Shown: positions 31,198-39,802 of the stretch, piece by piece
Numbering within the stretch: position 1 is the stretch's first letter
How the letters are laid out: each line of letters opens with the position of its first letter
Assembly: GCA_963755715.1 (NCBI GenBank)
Contig: CAVWLW010000059.1
Span: forward strand, 96,001 to 160,000
Direction of reading: 5' to 3'
Length of the DNA: 64,000 bases
DNA from: an uncultured delta proteobacterium
Lineage (GTDB): Bacteria; Desulfobacterota; Binatia; UBA9968
Translations under genes and position numbers: made by a program
Notes under the pieces: model-generated
What the model was told of the DNA's origin: nothing
Databases searched by the model: none
The model's input: only the letters and a program-made list of their open reading frames with translations

Positions 31198-32194
31198 ATG
31201 GATCGCTTTAAGACTATCGATAGCTTCGTCCGGGTGGCCATCGCGGGGAGCTTTTCCTCGGCGGCAAAGCAGCTTGGCATGTCGCGCGCGCTGGTGTCAC
31301 TCCACGTCACCGACCTGGAAAAGCGCCTGGGCGTGCGCTTGCTCAATCGGACCACGCGTAGTCTGACGTTGACGGAGGTCGGCGCAAGCTATTTGGAATA
31401 CTGCCAGCGCATGCTGGCGGAGATGAACGAGCAGGAATCCTCGATCACCCAACTGCAAAAGGAGCCCCGCGGCTCATTGAAGGTAGCGGCGCCGAAATCT
31501 TTTGGCACGCTCTATCTTTCCGACGCGGTGGTGAGTTTTTCAGCCCGCTATCCCAACATTCAGCTGAGCTTGATTCTCGAAGACTATTCTTTTCGCGCCT
31601 ACGATTTCGTCGAGCAAGGGCTCGATGTGGCCGTGCGGTTGGGCGATTTACCCGACTCAACATTGGTCGCCCGAAAGATCGCGACGCTGCAATGGATAGT
31701 ATGCGCCTCGCCCAAATACTTGGCGCACCACGGCGAACCGAAGACGCCCGCCGATCTCGGCAAACATACCTGTCTGGCGCATGTAAACCTCGATCCCAAC
31801 GACCGCTCCTGGCGCCTGCACAGTTCCGACCATGTGATCTCAGTCAAAATCAGCGGCGCCTTTTCGTCCAACAGCGCGCTGGTGTTGCGCAAGGCCGCCC
31901 TCGCCGGCCTGGGCATTGGCTATCTGCCGCTCTACTGCATCGAAGAAGATCTGAAGACCGGCGCTTTGCGTCGGTCTGCTGCCAAATTACTCGCCGCCGC
32001 AACGCCCGATCTACGTCGTCTATCCGCCGGCGGCGCAAGTTCCCGAGCGGGTGCGCACCTTCGTCGAATTCTTGGCGAATTGGTTTGGAAAGACGGTCCC
32101 GGTGAAATTAACGCTTGTCGCGGAAAAGAAAAATGTTCGCTCAAGGCGCAGCCGAGAGCCGGTTCAAGCAAGCGTAGAGAAAGCTTCGTCTTAG
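31198..32194 (+). CDS. LysR family transcriptional regulator (CrgA/DmlR-like); frameshift near 31975
   Basis: GSFSSAAKQLGMS..VS..LEKRLGVRLLNRTTR; the tail LLPNY...IYVVYP...RVRTFVEFL is in an alternate frame ending at 32194. Confidence 0.9.
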
Positions 32195-32252
32195 AATTGA
32201 TCGGCTGATCGTCGCGGCAAAACAGATCTGTAATTTGTTGATTAGCTCTGTC

Positions 32253-33299
32253 TCAATGGAAACCATAGAGAGCCTGCGGGTTGTCTCCTAAGATCTTATC
32301 GATCGACGTAGCAGCGACCTTCCCGTCCGCTTTGAGTTTCCTCAGCGCGTTGATCTCCGTGGCGGTATCGTTATGGCCGTAGTCCGTTCCTATGACTAAA
32401 TGGTCATCGCCCACGTGTTCTAGAATATAGGGCAGATCATCGCTCGTTTGGCAGGCGACATAGATATGATTCTCCTTGAGGAGTTCCTGATCGCGCCAAG
32501 CCTTCCCTTGCCTGCGGACGCCGATCTCCATGTGGTTCATCACGTAGGGAAGCCACTCGGCGCTGACCTCGACAAAAGCCCAGCGTAAGTCTGGAAATTT
32601 TTGCGGCAGCCGAGTGCCGATAAGACTGGCGAACAAATTGATCGGGCCGAACTTGAATTGGGCGAGACTGGCGCCCCGGCCAAAGATGTCGAACATCTCC
32701 AAGTTTCCCTGGGAGGCGTGCACACAAATCGGCATCCCCAACCGGCTTGCCTCTTCGTACAGAGGAAAAAAATAGGGGTCGGTGGGAAGCTTGTCCCCTT
32801 CCACTCCGCGTATAAAAACACCGCAGGCGCCGTTCTGTTTGCCGAAGTTCAACTCTTCGATGGCTTTGTCCATGTAGTGCAGCGGCGGAATCACCACCCA
32901 GCGCAGCCGACCTTTGCCGGCCTGCCAAATATCCGCGAGCCAGCGGTTGTAACTCTTGCATAGCGCCGCATCGACGTGCGGCAAGGCTGTCATCATTCTG
33001 AGAAACAGGCTCGGATAAAGCACCTGAACGTCCACGCCGAGATCATCCATGTGGGCGAGCCGGGCTTCTATATCCGCCGCCTCGCGCTTCTCTTTGGGGA
33101 TGTCAAAACCGATGTTGCTGTCCTTCGCGAAAACCCGACCGCCGATCATCCAGTATTCGCTCGCCCTCTGACCCGAAGGCTTCTGTGCCGCGTCTTTGAA
33201 CACCATGACACGCGGCCTAAAGGCCATCTCGCTTTCATCCATGTACTCCCAGGTTCGCTCCCATTCGACGACATGCGCGTCAGCATCGATCACCGCCAT
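32253..33299 (-). CDS. Amidohydrolase family 2 protein
   Basis: IDADAHVVE, MDDLGVDVQVLYPS, SYNRW, CVH, FVEVSAEW, IGTDYGHND. Confidence 0.9.
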   Translation of the reverse strand: MAVIDADAHVVEWERTWEYMDESEMAFRPRVMVFKDAAQKPSGQRASEYWMIGGRVFAKDSNIGFDIPKEKREAADIEARLAHMDDLGVDVQVLYPSLFLRMMTALPHVDAALCKSYNRWLADIWQAGKGRLRWVVIPPLHYMDKAIEELNFGKQNGACGVFIRGVEGDKLPTDPYFFPLYEEASRLGMPICVHASQGNLEMFDIFGRGASLAQFKFGPINLFASLIGTRLPQKFPDLRWAFVEVSAEWLPYVMNHMEIGVRRQGKAWRDQELLKENHIYVACQTSDDLPYILEHVGDDHLVIGTDYGHNDTATEINALRKLKADGKVAATSIDKILGDNPQALYGFH

Positions 33300-33535
33300 C
33301 GGCTTGCTCCTTCTTTCTTATGGATTTACAACCACACTGTTAGGGCTGCGCGACCCATGCTGTCAAGTGCTGCGGAAGGGACGGTTTACCGCGCCGCGAA
33401 TTTGACCCTAGATAACGTTGAACGGCTTGAGGTCTTCGACTACGCTCACGACAGGCTTCGCAAAGCCGTTGTACGCTTGAACATTTTAAATGATCTTGAT
33501 TTGCCTATGGCCTCACGCCTCGTGCCTATGGATTC

Positions 33536-34222
33536 ATGCTCGAAGAGAACTTAATCCAGATTGCCGGGGTGATCGACGCCGCTGAAGCGCAAATGCTTCA
33601 GCAATGCGGCGTTCGTTATCTGGGATTTCCGCTGCGGCTCCCGGTTCACCGCGAGGATCTGACCGAGGAAGAGGCGGCGGCGATCATCACGAGCCTGGCG
33701 CCGCCGGTATTCGGAGTGCTGATCACGTATCTAGACGAGGCGAGCGAGATCGCCGCCTTCTGCCATGCGCTCGGCGCCCGGATCGTGCAGCTCCATGGCG
33801 ACATCGACCGCGATGAGCTGAAGCGTCTAAAAACTCTCGATCCGAACTTAACGGTGATCAAAAGTCTGGTCATCGGAATGCGCGATGACAAAGCTCTCGA
33901 AGCAACGCTGAGCGAGCTATCGCCGTTCGTCGATGCGTTCATCACCGACACCTTCGATCCAACAACCGGCGCATCGGGCGCCACCGGCAAGACTCACGAC
34001 TGGCGCGTGAGCAGGCGACTCGTGGAACTTGCCGATCGGCCGATTATTCTCGCCGGTGGACTGACGCCGGAGAACGTCAAGAGAGCGATTCTGGAAGTAC
34101 GGCCGGCCGGAGTCGACTCCCACACCGGCGTCGAAGACTCCACCGGCCGCAAGAGCCGTGAAAAAGTCCGAAAGTTCCTGTCGGAAGCGAATGAAGCTTT
34201 TGCGCTCGTTAAAGCAAAGTAG
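33536..34222 (+). CDS. trpF: Phosphoribosylanthranilate isomerase (TrpF)-like protein, copy 1
   Basis: VQLHG, FITDT, GATGKTHDW, ILAGGLTPENV, GVDSHTGVE. The N-terminal motif is QIAG instead of KICG. Confidence 0.75.
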   Translation: MLEENLIQIAGVIDAAEAQMLQQCGVRYLGFPLRLPVHREDLTEEEAAAIITSLAPPVFGVLITYLDEASEIAAFCHALGARIVQLHGDIDRDELKRLKTLDPNLTVIKSLVIGMRDDKALEATLSELSPFVDAFITDTFDPTTGASGATGKTHDWRVSRRLVELADRPIILAGGLTPENVKRAILEVRPAGVDSHTGVEDSTGRKSREKVRKFLSEANEAFALVKAK

Positions 34223-34407
34223 CGATCCTCAACACAACTTGGCTCTCTTGAGTTATCTCGAACACATATGGAAACATGCCATTTCAACGCCAAGATAGTT
34301 GATTCGTAGAAATCTGAGCCCCATCGTTCGGCTCAGTGATGCAGCGAGTTCCCACGCAGCATGATTGACTGGGAGGAAACTGAAGCGAGGCAGTGACTGG
34401 AAAATTT

Positions 34408-34629
34408 CTAAACCAGAGCCACAAATTCTTCCACTGTAATGCCTGCACCACGGATCAGAGCGCGGAGCGTTCCTCTGTCGAGCTCTCGATGATCGGGCAC
34501 CGACAGATGACGGCCGTTTGGATGATGCAGGATGATGTGGCTCCCCTTTTGGTGGTGGAAGATAAACCCGAGTTTCCCGAACGCTTTGACCGCGTCGCGG
34601 CCGGAGATAACAGGCAGCGTGGCCATCAA
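34408..34629 (-). CDS. hicA: HicA family mRNA interferase toxin
   Basis: LPVISGRDAVKAFGKLGF..QKGSHIIL...SVPDHRELDRGTLRALIRGAG. Confidence 0.9.
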   Translation of the reverse strand: MMATLPVISGRDAVKAFGKLGFIFHHQKGSHIILHHPNGRHLSVPDHRELDRGTLRALIRGAGITVEEFVALV

Positions 34630-34841
34630 GCGGCGACGCTGATCTCGACAATATCGGGGGAGGGAATGGGTAGATTTTGTGCGCGACGTACCTCGATAAT
34701 CCCCTCGATCGCTTCCCGGATGTTTTTAAGCGCCTCTTCTCTGGTCTTTCCTTGAGAGACGCATCCTGGAAGCGTAGGGCATTCGGCCACAATATAGCCG
34801 TCTTCCCCGGGACTCAGCGTTACGATGTACGTCTTTTCCAT
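34626..34841 (-). CDS. hicB: HicB family antitoxin, short form without DNA-binding domain; hicB precedes hicA
   Basis: EDGYIVAECPTLPGCVSQGKTREEALKNIREAI; overlaps hicA by 4 nt. Confidence 0.9.
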   Translation of the reverse strand: MEKTYIVTLSPGEDGYIVAECPTLPGCVSQGKTREEALKNIREAIEGIIEVRRAQNLPIPSPDIVEISVAA

Positions 34842-34848
34842 AGCGCTA

Positions 34849-34884
34849 AATACTAACATTTTCCCTATTTCGATGCGAATAGGG
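34849..34884 (-). promoter_or_regulatory. Putative hicBA promoter and operator
   Basis: Extended -10-like TGtTAGTAT about 8 nt before the ATG with no SD, so possibly leaderless. Palindrome CCCTATT-N8-AATAGGG at 34863-34884. Confidence 0.4.
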
Positions 34885-34991
34885 TTGGCGACGTTGAGGG
34901 TTGTTAACTAAATTTCAACGGAATTTTTAACGTTTGTCGGCTTGTGACGGCAACCGAGTTTCATTATAAACGGGTGGCCAAGGAACAACTG

Positions 34992-36065
34992 ATGAAAGCA
35001 GGGAGCCGCAAGCTTGCTGTCCGTGCCGTCACCGTCGCGTGGGCGACGGCATGTTTATTCTTTTGCCAGCCAGCCCTGGCCTTGCCACAGGCGCTGTTTT
35101 ATCAAGGCAAGATCGTCACCGTGATCAGCGGCCAGGAACCGGGAGGGTTGGGAGACTTACGACTGAGGGCCATCTTACCCTATTTAAAAAAACATATTCC
35201 CGGACAGCCGAATATCGTGCCGGAATACATGCCCGGCGGTGGCGGCCGAAAGGCGGCAAACCATATCTATCGAACTGCCCGCGCGGACGGCCTGACCATC
35301 GGTTTTCCACCAGGCGGTTTCATCTCGGCGGCAGTCCTCAATGAACCCGGGGTGGACTACGAGCTCGACAAATTTAGTTTCTTCGGCACTCCCGAAAGCG
35401 AAGACCACTATGTGTTTCTCACCAGAAGGGATTCTAATCTGGCTACATTGGATCGTCTCCGCGCCGCTTCCGGAATAAGAATCGGCGGGCAATCGGTGGG
35501 CCATTCCATCTATATCCTAGCCCGATTGTTCGCGTATCTTCTGAACCTGAAGGATCCCAAATTCATCACCGGCTACTCGGGACCGGAGATGGATCAAGCG
35601 GTCATGCGCGGGGAACTGGACGCCAGAGTAAACAGAGTCCCCGCGTTGTTGCAGCGCAATGCCGAATGGATCGAAAAGAAACTGGTCGACGTTCACGCGA
35701 TCTTGCAGATCCCCAAAACCAGCACGCATCCGCGCTTCGCTCATCTCCCGGAGCTCGAATCCTTTGCCAGGACCGATAAAGATCGACGGCTGCTGGAGGT
35801 CAATCGGGCGTTCAGAATTGCCGCCGCGACCTTTATCACGCCGCCGCGCACGCCGCCGGAGCGGATTCGCACACTGCGGGACGCGATCACCAATGCCTAT
35901 AACGATCCCGAGTTTTCCAAAGACTATAAGAAGATCACCGGCGAAACGCCTTCTCCGATATTGCCCGACGAATTCGATGGCATCATAAAAAAGCTTCCGC
36001 GCAACGCCGAAGATGTCGATCTCTATAAAAAAATCGCCGGCGCGGGCCCGCTTCCCGGCCATTAG
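34992..36065 (+). CDS. Bug/TctC family tripartite tricarboxylate transporter solute-binding protein
   Basis: Signal peptide; FYQGKIVT, KHIPGQPNIVPEYMPGGGG, ADGLTIG, GYSG, RGELDA, PPRTPPER. Confidence 0.85.
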   Translation: MKAGSRKLAVRAVTVAWATACLFFCQPALALPQALFYQGKIVTVISGQEPGGLGDLRLRAILPYLKKHIPGQPNIVPEYMPGGGGRKAANHIYRTARADGLTIGFPPGGFISAAVLNEPGVDYELDKFSFFGTPESEDHYVFLTRRDSNLATLDRLRAASGIRIGGQSVGHSIYILARLFAYLLNLKDPKFITGYSGPEMDQAVMRGELDARVNRVPALLQRNAEWIEKKLVDVHAILQIPKTSTHPRFAHLPELESFARTDKDRRLLEVNRAFRIAAATFITPPRTPPERIRTLRDAITNAYNDPEFSKDYKKITGETPSPILPDEFDGIIKKLPRNAEDVDLYKKIAGAGPLPGH

Positions 36066-36083
36066 ACTAACGTTGCTGCAAAC

Positions 36084-36252
36084 AAATCCCAAATCCGAAA
36101 TCCGAATATCGAAATCCGAAACAAAGTCGGAGGCAAATAAATCTCAAATCGGCAAAAACCAAATCACTCAACCCGAAGGAAGCTTGTTTTGGTTTGCCTA
36201 TTTTGGTCATTTGAAATTGTTTCGAATTTCGGATTTCGTGCTTCGAAATTTT
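36084..36252. repeat. Inverted arrays of the heptamer (C)GAAATC / GATTTC(G)
   Basis: AAATCCCAAATCCGAAATCCGAATATCGAAATCCGAAAC ... GTTTCGAATTTCGGATTTCGTGCTTCGAAATTT. Confidence 0.7.
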
Positions 36253-36279
36253 TGTTAAGCATACGAGGAGGAGGACAGT

Positions 36280-37254
36280 TTGGCAGATTCGAACGAACCT
36301 AAAAATCGTGTAGTCGGCAGAGATACAATTAGGTCGCGACTGGTGCTCGAGGTAGCCTCCGAGCTGGTCGATCAACCGCAGTGGCGCTACCGACAGACGC
36401 GCGTCAACCTGCGCGAACAAGGCGGCGACGGCTGGCCGATCGCTCTTTTCGGCAGCGACAGCCCGGCAGCGATCGCGCAAGTCGCCAGCGGCGAGGTCCA
36501 GGTAGCGATGATCAATCCCGCCGCCCCGCTTGCTCTCGCCTTGCGCGGTAAAGGACCGTTTCGAGAGCCCATCGCGCTGCGCGCGATCGCCGTCGTCCCC
36601 TCTCCGGATCAGCTCGCGTTTGCCGTCACCAAACAAACCGACGTGCAATCGCTGCGCGAGCTGCGTGAGCGCCGTTTGCCATTGCGGGTCTCCATTCGCG
36701 GGCAGATGGATCACTCTCTTCATCTGGTAGTGAAAGAGGTTCTTTCAGCGGCGGGTTTCTCACTGGAAGACATTACTTCCTGGGGCGGACAGGTACGCTA
36801 CGATCCAGGTCTGCCTAAAGGACCGAACCGCCTCGGCGCTATGCAGCGCGGTGAGGTCGATATGATTATCGACGAAGCAGTGCACAACTGGCTCAACGTC
36901 GCGTTGGAATCGGAGATGCATGTTTTGCCACTGGACGAATCCATGTTGACGCAGCTCGAGACCTTGGGATTTCAGCGCGCCGTGTTGCCGAAAGCGGATT
37001 ACCCGAAATTAGATTCTGACGTGCCGACTTTGGATTTTAGCGGGTTCCCGGTCTACACCCACGCGAACGTGCCGGACTCGATCGTGACCGCTGTATGTGC
37101 CGCGCTAGAAGCGAGAAAAGAAAAAATCATCTGGCAAGAACCCGGGCCACTGCCACTCGAAAGCATGTGCCGAGATACGCCGTCAGGACCGCTCAACATC
37201 CCACTGCACTCCGCCGCGGAACGATTCTGGCGCGAGCGAGGCTATCTGAAATAA
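36280..37254 (+). CDS. TAXI/NMT1_3-like solute-binding-fold protein with no obvious signal peptide
   Basis: TTG start after GAGGAGGAGG; LRAIAVVP, LSAAGFSLEDITSWGG, RGEVDM, IPLHSAAERFWRERGYL. Confidence 0.75.
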   Translation: MADSNEPKNRVVGRDTIRSRLVLEVASELVDQPQWRYRQTRVNLREQGGDGWPIALFGSDSPAAIAQVASGEVQVAMINPAAPLALALRGKGPFREPIALRAIAVVPSPDQLAFAVTKQTDVQSLRELRERRLPLRVSIRGQMDHSLHLVVKEVLSAAGFSLEDITSWGGQVRYDPGLPKGPNRLGAMQRGEVDMIIDEAVHNWLNVALESEMHVLPLDESMLTQLETLGFQRAVLPKADYPKLDSDVPTLDFSGFPVYTHANVPDSIVTAVCAALEARKEKIIWQEPGPLPLESMCRDTPSGPLNIPLHSAAERFWRERGYLK

Positions 37255-37327
37255 TTGTGGCCGCCGAATCTAAGATTCGCAAGAATAGAAAGACTGAGTC
37301 CGCCGATTCCCCCTTAAATCGCTGATC

Positions 37328-38014
37328 ATGCTCGAAGAGGACTTAATCCAGATTGCCGGAGTGATCGACGCGGCTGAGGCGCAAATGCTTCAGCAATGCG
37401 GCGTTCGCTATCTGGGATTTCCGCTGCGGCTCCCCGTTCACCGCGAGGATCTCACCGAGGAAGCGGCGGCGGCGATCATCAAGAGCCTGGCGCCCCCAGT
37501 ATTCGGAGTGCTGATCACGTATCTCTCTGAGGCGAGCGAGATCGCCGCCTTCTGTCATGCGCTCGGCGCCCGGATCGTGCAGCTCCACGGCGACATCGAC
37601 CGTGATGAGCTGAAGCGTCTAAAAACTCTCGATCCGAACTTGACGGTGATCAAAAGCCTGGTCATCGGAATGCGCGATGACAAAGCTCTCGAACCAATGG
37701 TGAGCGAGCTGTCGCCGTTCGTCGATGCGTTCATCACCGACACCTTCGATCCAACAACCGGCGCATCGGGCGCCACCGGCAAGACTCACGACTGGCGCGT
37801 GAGCAGGCGACTGGTGGAACTTGCCGATCGACCGATTATTCTCGCCGGTGGACTGACGCCCGAGAACGTCAAGCGAGCAATTCTCGAAGTACGGCCGGCC
37901 GGAGTCGACTCCCACACCGGCGTCGAAGACTCCACCGGCCGCAAGAGCCGTGAAAAAGTCCAAAAGTTCCTGTCGGAAGCGTATGAAGCTTTTGCGCTCG
38001 TTAAAGCAAAGTAG
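37328..38014 (+). CDS. trpF: TrpF-like protein, copy 2
   Basis: Same length as copy 1, with about 9 amino-acid differences by eye. Confidence 0.75.
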   Translation: MLEEDLIQIAGVIDAAEAQMLQQCGVRYLGFPLRLPVHREDLTEEAAAAIIKSLAPPVFGVLITYLSEASEIAAFCHALGARIVQLHGDIDRDELKRLKTLDPNLTVIKSLVIGMRDDKALEPMVSELSPFVDAFITDTFDPTTGASGATGKTHDWRVSRRLVELADRPIILAGGLTPENVKRAILEVRPAGVDSHTGVEDSTGRKSREKVQKFLSEAYEAFALVKAK

Positions 38015-38029
38015 CGATGAACACGAAGT

Positions 38030-38160
38030 GGGGTTCATCTTTTGTTGAGAGTTAGGAGCCAGAGCTTCATTGAAGTTCGGGCAGCGAGAATTTCGTCGCG
38101 GACCAAACGTCAGCTGGGAGAGTTTTTTGAGCCATAACCAACAACAAAAAATTTGATCCG
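38030..38160. mobile_element. Putative miniature inverted-repeat element, about 130 bp
   Basis: Left end GGGGTTCATCTTTTGTTGAGAGTTAGG; reverse complement of right end CGGATCAAATTTTTTGTTGTTGGTTATGG; a third related end at 39585-39614. Confidence 0.5.
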
Positions 38161-38257
38161 TTACCCGTCAGACTATAAAAGCTAAGAGCGGATTTGACCC
38201 CTTTCACAAACCGCCCATGGCCCGCGGGTTTAGCCACCCGCACAGAAAGGAGTTCAT

Positions 38258-39322
38258 ATGAGAAGGAACTTTGCGCGCGTCAGCCGGTCTCTATCGTTCA
38301 CCGTGATATGTGTCCTGCTATTCGGCTCGCCGAGCAAAGGTCAGGAGGAGTCGTTCTACAAGGGAAAGACGCTCAGGGTTATCGCCGGTACGACTGCCGG
38401 AGCTCTCTACGACCAGTGGGCGCGTGTTATTGCCGCCCACATGGTCAAGCACATCCCCGGAAACCCTCAGGTCATCGTTCAGAACATGCCGGGCGCAGGC
38501 CACCAGATCGCCGCCAACTATCTTTATAATGTAGCAAAGCCCGACGGGCTTACGGTGATCGGCTCGATCCTCCCAACTCTGTACCTGGATCAGCTCATCG
38601 GGCGCGCGGAGGTCAAGTTCGACTGGGGAAAATTCCTCTTCATCGGCTCGCCGGTAAAGGGTGATAGTCAGCTGATGATGCGCGCCGATGCGCCCTTCAA
38701 AACCATCGAAGACATGCGAACCGCCAAGGAGCCGGCCAAATGCGGCGGCACCGGCACGGGCGGCGCAGAGTTCATGTTTTCTCGTCTGCTGGAGGAGACT
38801 TTTCCTCCGCTGAAGATCAACGCGGTACTGGGTTATCCGGGTGGGCCGGAAATCGACCTAGGTATCGAGCGGGGAGAGATACAGTGCCGCTCCTTTACGA
38901 TTGAGGCCTTTTTCGCCCGTGAGCCTTATCACACATGGCGTAAGAAGGGTTTCGTGCGTATTATCGTTCAAACCGGCCAGGCGCGCGACCCCAGGCTCCT
39001 CGATGTCCCGACTATGTATGAAGTCATGGATCAGCAAAAGACGCCTGATCTTGCACGCAGACTCGCCAGAGTGGTTCTCGTCGGCGGTACTCTTGGCCGT
39101 CCAATGCTGGCTCCTCCGGGGGTGCCGCCGGAGCGTTTGAAAATTCTCCGGGGCGCTTTCGTCAAGACCATGAAAGATCCGGAGTTTTTGGCTGAAATCG
39201 AGAAGAGAAACTACGAGTTGGACCCGACGCCAGGCGAAAACCTCGAGGCCATTGTGAAAGATGTCATGTCACAACCACCGGCGATCATAGAGAGACTGAA
39301 GATGGTCTTGGTGGCGAAGTAA
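38258..39322 (+). CDS. Bug/TctC family solute-binding protein
   Basis: AAGGAG RBS; signal peptide; FYKGKTL, KHIPGNPQVIVQNMPGAG, KPDGLT, GYPGG, ERGEI, PPGVPPER. Confidence 0.88.
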   Translation: MRRNFARVSRSLSFTVICVLLFGSPSKGQEESFYKGKTLRVIAGTTAGALYDQWARVIAAHMVKHIPGNPQVIVQNMPGAGHQIAANYLYNVAKPDGLTVIGSILPTLYLDQLIGRAEVKFDWGKFLFIGSPVKGDSQLMMRADAPFKTIEDMRTAKEPAKCGGTGTGGAEFMFSRLLEETFPPLKINAVLGYPGGPEIDLGIERGEIQCRSFTIEAFFAREPYHTWRKKGFVRIIVQTGQARDPRLLDVPTMYEVMDQQKTPDLARRLARVVLVGGTLGRPMLAPPGVPPERLKILRGAFVKTMKDPEFLAEIEKRNYELDPTPGENLEAIVKDVMSQPPAIIERLKMVLVAK

Positions 39323-39627
39323 TTCCGCAGGGATGCGCATCGGCGCCACTTATCCTGCTTCATGGTAGCGGTGCGGCGCCGGGCACGGACGGCGGCCTTG
39401 GCGGCCGCGTCCATCCGCAAACCGCCCTGGGCAAGTGGCGCGTCCTAATGCGACGGTGCGGCGCTCGCAAGTGCAGTTGAACTCAAAAGCGGCTGTGCGG
39501 GATGAACGAAACAAAAAGCGAAGAACGTCTAAAAATAAAACTCTAACGTTTGATCTCTATCGAGAGATAGAGCATCAAACGAGCAGCTCTAATTGTCAAC
39601 AAGAGATTTGACCCTCTGGGATTTTCG

Positions 39628-39768
39628 GAGGCGAGGCAAGAAAAAATCGTTTGGCAAGAACCCGGACCGCTGCCGCTCGAAAGCATGTGCCGCGATACGC
39701 CGTCAGGACCACTCAACATCCCACTGCACCCCGCCGCCGAACGATTCTGGCGCGAGCGCGGCTACCTG
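39628..39768 (+). pseudogene. Detached 3' fragment of the TAXI-like gene (copy of 37108-37248)
   Basis: 141-bp ungapped match at offset 2520 with 14 mismatches by manual count, mostly third-position. Confidence 0.9.
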
Positions 39769-39802
39769 ACTGAACCCGGCGCGGCTGCTGAAGTTATTCC
39801 CC

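Noticed and set aside
36067-36723. 218-aa minus-strand ORF
   Set aside because: Antisense to the TAXI-like gene and runs through the heptamer repeat.
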